Notes under the pieces: model-generated
Database searches by the model: none
The model's input: only the letters and a program-made list of their open reading frames with translations
What the model was told of the DNA's origin: nothing
Source of the DNA: Octopus vulgaris
Taxonomy: Eukaryota
Direction of reading: 5' to 3'
Assembly: GCA_951406725.2 (NCBI GenBank)
Contig: OX597814.1
Coordinates: forward strand, 169,198,001 to 169,262,000
Length of the DNA: 64,000 nucleotides
Part shown: piece by piece, positions 55,669-64,000 of the stretch
Position numbering within the stretch: position 1 is the first letter of the stretch
Layout of the letters: each line of letters starts with the position of its first letter
Program-made: the position numbers and the translations under genes

Positions 55669-55985
55669 TATATAAATATAAGAGAGTAACCACTATGTGG
55701 TCGACTCTAGCACTAAAAATAGATCCGCTAGGTTTCAGCCACAAAGAATTGTTTCTGATGAAAGTTAGCACGACTACTAGCGCAAACGAACAGGGCAAAT
55801 AAAAATAACAAAAATGCAGAAAACCTAGCGGATCTATTTTTAGTGCTAGAGTTGACCACATAGTGGTTACTCTCTTATATTTATGTATAAAATTTATCGT
55901 AATCCAGGTTTTTATGCACTAAGCCACTTGGTGTTAAATGGATGTACTATTAAATTAGTATCCAATTTTCTCACCCTTATTAGTT
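55669..55985. mobile_element. Truncated copy of the palindromic PLE-type element
   Basis: Arms at about 55669-55735 and 55822-55889, plus a ~100-bp tail matching 59525-59625. Confidence 0.85.
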
Positions 55986-56599
55986 TATATGTATATATAT
56001 ATAATAATGGCCTTCTTTCAGTTTCCATCTACCAAATCCACTCACAAGGTTTTGGTCAACCTGAGGCTATAATTGAAGACACTTGCTGAAGGTGCCATAC
56101 AGTGGGACTGAACCCAGAACCATGTGTTGGAAACAAGCTTCTTACCACACAACCATGCCTGTGCCTATATTGGTTGTTTTACTTTTGCACTTTTTTCTTT
56201 TAAAATGATAGAAAAGTTGATTTAAAAGAGGGAAAGATGATATGGGGTGGGGTTGGGTGATAATGTGAAACCCACCATATTTGTGTATATAAAATTAATG
56301 TTGTTAGTTAACTTTTGCAATTCATCTCCATGATGATCATTAAGCAAGTACCAATAATATACTGAAGGATAGTTGGCTGTATGCTTCTGTCAAAACCTAT
56401 AGCTTTATGCCTATATTTAAAATCATTATTTTCTTTAGCTCATTTCACTGATGAATTCTAACATTCCTAGGGACAATTTTTAATTGCCATTTGTCTTGGG
56501 TGTTGACAAAATAGGTACCAAGTGAATAAATACTTAGGTCAACTTGACAAATTAAACCTGTCTTTATGAATTTGTATCCCTGAAAGTGCAAGTATGTCT

Positions 56600-57070
56600 G
56601 AGTAGATGCAGAGTTCCTTCTACAGTTAAGGAGTGACTCTTCCTCACACAGCTGTCTTCATTCATACATAACACATGGTTATACCAGTGCAGCCGCTTCT
56701 CTTGCACACCACATTTGATGCTTCTCATGCCCAACTTTTCTCTCAGGGCGCTTACACTCTGTCATGTATGCACACTGACATTACACATCCAGGGGATCAT
56801 ACTAGCTTCATTTCTTTCATTTCTACGCATGTCCTCAGCATTCAAGGCCCATGTTTCAGTGCTGTGTAGCATGGCAGTTTGCACACATGCATCATACAGT
56901 TTACCTTTCACCCTGAGTGAGAAGCCCTTAGTTGCCAGCAGAAGTAGGAGCTCCCTGCACTTTGCCCAAGCTATTCTTACTCTAGTCACTACACTCTCAG
57001 AGCAACTGCCCCTAATACAGACTTGGTTGCCTAGGTAGCAGAAGCTATTAACTGCTTATAGTTTCTCCCC
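56600..57070 (-). mobile_element. RTE LINE C-terminal fragment
   Basis: RVRIAWAKCRELL..KGKLYDACVQTAMLHSTETWAL. Confidence 0.85.
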
Positions 57071-57629
57071 GTGGCATGTAATGGAATCTGTTTTCTATAC
57101 ATCTTCAGTGTTTATTGCCCCAGTGCATCTGCCATACGTAAAAACTATTCACCGTTTTCTATTTGTCTGTCTGTCTCCCTCTTCCACTTTTACTCTCTCT
57201 CATTGCTCACACGTGACCATCGTCCATCTTTCCTTTCCTCATGTGATCATCTTTCTTTTCCTTCAGTCTGTCATACAGACCAGACGCATTCTTATCTGTC
57301 TCCTTTTCTATCTTTTCTCTTGTCAAAGAATATTCCTCCAGTGTTTGTTACCTTACCTCGTCTGGCCCTCCATGTTTGTTTTCATTTGGTTTGTCATATG
57401 TCTCCACTGTCCTGTTTTTGTTACCAACTTTGACCCTCCGCAAATCCCAAATTTTATTTTGCTTTGCGAGAGCAACTGTTTTATGAAGCCTCATATTGTC
57501 GTTAATTGCTCGAAATCTTTCTTTATGTTACTTGTTTTGTTTTCCATTTATTTCTCTCATTGTTCTAATTCCCAAGTTTGCCTTCGTATTTCATGTTGTT
57601 TACGTTTTGTGACGTCCTGTATCCATATA

Positions 57630-57698
<69 letters not shown>

Positions 57699-57865
57699 AA
57701 AAACGGTAAGATAACAAAAGAAAGAAAGAGACCTCAATATTATGTAAATAGAGGAAATTTATCCGTAAAATAACCGAAGAGATGGTATTGTGGATTTCCA
57801 CCTCGGCATCCAAATCTCAGAGTTTTATCTTGGCTATTGAATAATTGTCACATATTATTTTACAG

Positions 57866-57896
<31 letters not shown>

Positions 57897-57954
57897 TGTA
57901 AGTATGTACATATATGTATGCAAATATGTATATATATTTATTTATATAATTATA

Positions 57955-58068
<114 letters not shown>

Positions 58069-58699
58069 ATATATTTGTATCATCATCATCATCATCGTTT
58101 ATAGATATATATGTGTATGTATATGTGTATAAATTTGTGTGTGTATATGTGTATACATTTGTGTCTGTATGTATATGTGTACACGTTTGTGTATGTGTGT
58201 GTGTATATATATGTATAAATATACAAACACACACGCACACACACATATATATGTTTGTGTATGTGTCTACATGTGTGTGTGTCTGCGTGTGTATGTATAC
58301 ACACACACACACACTTACACGAGGGCTTCAGGTCCTAGACCAGCTGATGCATTGTGTTCAGCTCACGTTGCTTTGCAATTACTTTTGACGTGTGACATAT
58401 CGTATACTGTGCACCTGGTCAGGTAACATAGAATTGATGGAGGGAGTGAATTCCATCAAATACACTGCACATGTAAGTCAAGGAACCAGCTTTATTGCAC
58501 GTTGTGTTAAATTAAATCTGTGCATAATATTGAGTATCACATTCAGTACAAACATTTTATCACTATAAACAAAATTGTTTGTGTAGTTTGTTCAGCAAGA
58601 AATTGTAGAATCATATGTCTTGGATCACTAGAAACTCTAGTACTTATGCATAATATATTCTATATATATCCTAGATTTGTGTGTGTGTATATGTATATT

Positions 58700-58815
<116 letters not shown>

Positions 58816-58958
58816 CAAGAGAGTGACCATGTGGTCTACTCTAGCACTAAAAATAGATCCGCAAGGTTTCAGCCCCAAAAGAAATTGTTTCCGATGAAAG
58901 TTAGCACTACTACCAGCACAAATAAACAGGGCAAATAAACATAGCAAAATGTAGATTA

Positions 58959-59036
58959 GTTCGAGACAATTGTTTCACTATTAATAAATTATGTAATTTT
59001 ACTTACATAAATTCATCTGTAGCTCCTCGGTCGAAC
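58959..59036 (-). ncRNA. Type I hammerhead ribozyme (U4C core variant), minus-strand copy
   Basis: GTTCGA-CCGAGGA-GCTA..TAGT-GAAAC-AATT-GTC^-TCGAAC. Confidence 0.7.
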
Positions 59037-59291
59037 CCGTCCAGAATACAATTTACCCAATCGCACGCTAGACTTCACCATAACGATAAACGCACGTGCG
59101 GTCGAGTCGATTGTACTCACTGTTATAATTTAAGTGCCCCTGTTAATTTTGGATGTAGTATCTGTTTCCGTGAATTTTGGTGGGCGATACACACTTAAAT
59201 TATAACAGCGAGTACAATCGACTCGACCGCACGTGCGTTTATCGTTATGGTGAAGTCTAGCGTGCGATTGGGTAAATTGTATTCTGGACGG

Positions 59292-59369
59292 GTTCGACCG
59301 AGGAGCTACAGATGAATTTATGTAAGTAAGATTACATAATTTATTAATAGCGAAACAATTGTCTCGAAC
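59292..59369 (+). ncRNA. Type I hammerhead ribozyme (U4C core variant), plus-strand copy
   Basis: GTTCGA-CCGAGGA-GCTA..TTATGTAA/TTACATAA..TAGC-GAAAC-AATT-GTC^-TCGAAC. Confidence 0.75.
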
Positions 59370-59621
59370 TAATCTACATTTTGTTATGTTTATTTGCCCT
59401 GTTCATTTGTGCTGGTAGTAGTGCTAACTTTCATCGGAAACAATTTCTTTTGTGGCTGAAACCTTGCGGATCTATTTTTAGTGCTAGAGTAGACCACATG
59501 GTCACTCTCTTACATTTATGTATAAAATGTATCATAATCCGGGTCTTTTATGCACTAAGCCACTTGGTGGTAAATGGATGTACTATTAAATTAGTATCCA
59601 ATTTTATCACCCTTATCGGTT

Positions 59622-59662
<41 letters not shown>

Positions 59663-60394
59663 TACATATACACACACACACACACATATATATATATACA
59701 TATCATCATCATCATCATCATCGTTTAGCATCTGCTTCCCATGCTAGCATGGGTTGGACGGTTCAACTGGGGTCTGGGAAGCCAGAAGGCTGCACCAGGC
59801 CCAGTCTGATCTGTCAATGTTTCTACGGCTGGATGCCCTTCCTAACGCCAACCACTCCGTGAGTGTAGTGGGTGCTTTTTACGTGCCAGACGAGGCTGGC
59901 AAACGGCCACAATCGGATGGTGCTCTTTATGTGCCACCAGCACGGGGGCCAGGCGAGACTGGCAACGGCCACGAATGGATGGTGCTTTTTACGTGCCATA
60001 TATATGTATATATGTATCATCATCATCATCATCATTATCCTCGTTTAACATCCGTTTTCCATGCTAGCATGGGTTGGACGGTTCGACCGGGGTCTGGAAA
60101 GCCAGGAGGCTGCTCCAGGCTCGAGTCTGTTCTGGCAGAGTTTCTACAGCTGGATGCCCTTCCCAACACCAACCACTCCATGAGTGTAGTGGGTGCTTTT
60201 TACGTACCACCAGCACAGATACCAGGCGAGGCTGGCAATGGCCACGATTGGTTGGTGCTTTTTACGTGCCACCGGCACGGAAGCCAATCAAAGGCAGCAC
60301 TGGCATCAGCCATGTTCGGATGGTGCTTCTTATGTGCCACCGGCACAGGTATCGCAGCTACAATTTCCATATATATATATTTATATATATATAT

Positions 60395-60715
60395 TTGAGA
60401 CCCACCTTCGGTCGTGATTGACCATGGGATTACACTTAGAAAGTTACCCTCCCAGGCACAAGTCTGGGCATGCAGTCACCCATGCATACCAGACTCCCCT
60501 CTCCACGCCACCAGTGTTATCCAGAGGAAAGGCAACAGCAGATACAGCTTGGCACCTGTGACGTCACAACTCATTTCAACAGCTGAGTGAACTGGAGCAA
60601 CATGAAATAAAGTGTCTTGCTCAAGAACACAACACGCAGCCTGGTCTGTGATTTGAATTCACAACCTCACAATCGTAAACTTGATGCTCTAACCACTGAG
60701 CCATGTGCCTTCACA
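60395..60715 (-). mobile_element. tRNA-derived SINE family E
   Basis: Minus-strand head GTGAAGGCACATGGCTCAGTGGTTAGAGC; related copies at about 17210-17450, 19760-19995, 42178-42430 and 44560-44870. Confidence 0.75.
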
Positions 60716-61268
60716 CACATATATATCATCATCATCATCATCATCATTTAACGTAAGTTTTCCATGTTGGTATGGGTTGAATGGTTTGACATGGAGCTGC
60801 CTAGCAAGGAGCTGTCCAGGTTCAAACTGTCTCTTGTGGCATGGTTTCTATGGCTTAACATCGTGACTTAACAGTGCAATGGATACTTTTCACATGTCAC
60901 CATGCCACTGGCAGGGGTGCGTTTATGCAGCACTGGCACAGGTGCATTAATGCAGTACTGACATGGGTGCTTTTTAAGTGCCACAGCTTGACATGTCTTA
61001 TCAAGTACAGCAGATTGCCTCATCTCCCGGTCCCTTGTCCTGTAAGTCCCTTATCTGGGCCTCAGTGAGGCCCAGCATCTGAAGATTCTTTCTCATCACT
61101 TCATTCCATATTTTCTTGGGTTTTACGAAGCCTCATATTCTCATTAATTGCTCGAAATCTTTCTTTATGTTACTTGTTTTGTTTTCCATTTATTTCTCTC
61201 ATTAGCATACCCAAGTTTGCCTTCATATTTCATGCTGTTTATGCTTTGTGACGTCCTGTACCCATATA

Positions 61269-61308
<40 letters not shown>

Positions 61309-61382
61309 TACATATACATGTAAGTATGTACATATATGTATGTATATATGCATATATATATATTTTATTTATTATTTATATC

Positions 61383-61427
<45 letters not shown>

Positions 61428-62259
61428 ATGTAGATAGACCACCCCGTACACAGGTACCCTCCACAATTAGAGCTCAGCATTCTTTTACACAGCTGTCCTC
61501 ATCCATGCGCACACTTCTTTATGCGCATAGATGAGGACAGCTAGTCCTCGTCCATATGCATATTTATGTATGGTGATGCAAACAGGAAAAATAGAGCTCA
61601 AAATATGAATATATGTATATTTTTATTAATATTCAACATAGGTAACAGAGCAACTGAAAGCCCGTGAATTTTATGTTGGCACTAGTGCCAATGTATGAAA
61701 CTCTCAGACCTTAAGTCGTACAGCAGAAATCCTTGTTTTACTGGCTATACATGTGTAAACCAACTAATATCTGCAGAATTCATTATCGTCACTATTGATT
61801 AACGTCTGTTTCCATGCTGGCATGGGTTGGGCAGTTTGACTGAGGTCTGGAAAGCCAGGGGCTGCACCAGGCTCCATCTGATCTGGCAACGTGTCTGCAG
61901 CTGGATGTCCTTCCTAACACTTATCACTCTGAGGGTGTAGTGGGTGTTTTTTTACGTGCCACTGGCACAGGAGTCAGTCAGGTAGGCCTGGCATTGATCA
62001 CGTTTGGAGTGCTTTTTTCATGTTACTAGCATGGGAGCCAGTCAGAGGGCACTGACATTGGCCATGTTCAGATGGTGCTTTTTACGTACCACTGGCATGG
62101 GAGGCTTTAAGACATGCAGGTACACAGTTATTGTTGATTCATATTAATGCAATAATGTGCATAATATGTGAAACACTCAGCAATTATCAGAGACATTTGT
62201 AGTGATTTGGCTTAAAGCCTGTTCATTCTATCATCTTGTATCCTAATTATATATACATA

Positions 62260-63094
62260 CAGGGAGCAATGGGTAAATTGTTGCCATTATATATTTTTAA
62301 TTTCGAGCATGTGCATTTTTTGTTTTTGATTTTACCGACTACACAGTATAGTAGAAAAACGTAATTCACTCTGCCAGAAATTTGGAAATGACATGCTGTA
62401 CTGCTTCACATTTGTGTCAGAAGCTCAAATTCAAACACTTCAGTATGTTGGGTGTCAATCTGAGTGACCAGAACATGTACTGAGATGGATAAAAATCAAA
62501 CATCCAGCCAACATCATGGTGTTAGGTGTGATCACTAGTGATGGCAACATTATACCTCCATTCATCTTCCCACACAGCCTCAGACCCAATACAGAGGCCT
62601 GCATTAAGTGCCTGGAGGAAGTAGTGCTGCCCTGGGTCAAGAGGGTGGTTGCTAGAAGACCCTATGTCTGGCAACAGGACTCTGCACCATGCCGCACAAG
62701 CTGGAGAACCCATTCATGGATGTCACACTATCTCTGCAACTACATCGCCCTTAACATCTGGCCAGCTAACTACCCAGACTGCTACCTACTTGATTATTAT
62801 GCGTGGGGCACAGTTGAGCAAGAGATCAACAAAACTCTTTATAACACCAAAGTTGAACTGAATGCAAGGATTATGGCAGCATTTACCAACTCAAACGAGG
62901 AAACTGTCCAGAACAGTTGCAGGAGATTCCAAAGTCATCTGGAGGCTATCAATGGCAATTTTATTGACTAAATTTACTCTTTAGTATTTCAAGATATTCT
63001 TATGTAATTTTGGTAAATATATCTGTTAAAATGAGATGTCAGTATTATTTTCATTTTTGCATAATTTAGATGACAATTCATTCACCACACCCAG
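62260..63094 (+). mobile_element. Internally deleted DD37D (maT-type) Tc1/mariner transposon
   Basis: ORF 62516-62971 has MVLGVITSDG..WQQDSAP..WPANYPDCYLLDYYAW with 37 residues between the 2nd and 3rd Asp; degenerate TIRs with TA flanks. Confidence 0.88.
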
Positions 63095-63724
63095 TATATA
63101 TATATTATTTTATTCTTTTATTTGTTTCAGTCATTTGACTGCAGCCATGCTGGAGCACCACCTTGAAGGAATTTAGTTGAACAAATCGACCCAGGACTAA
63201 TTTTTTTAAAGCTTAGTACTTATTCTATCGATATCTTTTGTTGAACTGCTAAGTTACAGGGATGTAAACACAGCAACACTAGGTATCAAGCGATGATGGG
63301 GAGACAAACACAGACCCAAAGATACACACACACACATATGATGGGCTTTTTTCAGTTTCCATTTACCAAATCCACTTACAAGGCTTTGGTCAGCCCGAGG
63401 CAATAGTAGAAGGCACTTGCCCAAGATGCTACGCAGTGGGACTGAACCTGGAACCACGTGGTTGGGAAGCAAGCTTCTTACCACACAGCCATGCCTGCAC
63501 CTATATTCATGTATATATAGTAAGTCAGTAGAGTATAATTTGAGGGAGATTCGGTTGCTGTTTCTTCAAGGGTGAGCAACTGTGAGGCTCCCTCAGTAGC
63601 TCATTTTAATTCATATTTTCCCAGTAGTTATTAAATTGCAGCCGTTTAAACAAAATAAACATCAGGCCTATCATTCTATCCTCACCAGACTGGTAGGACC
63701 AGCAATGTATGCTAAGCCTCTCAT

Positions 63725-64000
63725 TTTCCCCCTCCACCCCTCTCCTCCTCCTTCTTTGTCTTCTGCTTTCATTCTTCTTTACTTCTTTTTCAATCTTCTT
63801 TCAATCTCCTTTTAATCTTCTCTCTATCTTCTTTTAATCTTCTTCCATTCTTCTTCTTCTTCTTCTTCTTCTTCTTCTTCTTCTTCTTTTTCTCCTCCTC
63901 CTCCTTCTCTTCTTCTTCTTCTTTCATTCTTCTTCTTCTTCTTCTTCTTCCTTCATTCTTTCTTCTTCTCCTCCTCCTCCTCCTTTTCTTCTTCTTCTTC
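63725..64000. repeat. (CTT/CCT)n tract
   Basis: Direct reading. Confidence 0.95.

Noticed and set aside
61645-61712. Hammerhead candidate CTGAAAG..hairpin..GAAAC
   Set aside because: Core mismatched, the hairpin is not adjacent to the core, and no stem I/III pairing is visible

Overview
AT-rich, microsatellite-dense eukaryotic non-coding DNA whose SINE families and repeat landscape look like an octopus/cephalopod genome (inference from repeat content). I found no intact host gene; the listed ORFs are repeat artefacts or decayed transposon fragments. The window holds many tRNA-derived SINEs (at least 5 families), R4/Dong-type and RTE LINE fragments, mariner, DD37D, hAT, piggyBac-like and pogo-like DNA transposon relics, a non-autonomous Helitron and a 36-bp minisatellite. 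The main signal is a dispersed set of Penelope-like (PLE) derivatives, mostly sitting in (TA)n tracts. Several share an 'inverted arm + hammerhead ribozyme + arm + tail' layout. Four type I hammerheads fold with all three stems (19078-19120 minus, 55343-55453 plus, and a mirror pair on opposite strands of a ~720-bp palindrome at 58807-59524), and several variant or decayed cores occur elsewhere. The set also includes a GIY-YIG-bearing PLE relic and a TSD-flanked tRNA-SINE/hammerhead chimera. All folds and coordinates were read by eye, and no ribozyme activity is demonstrated.
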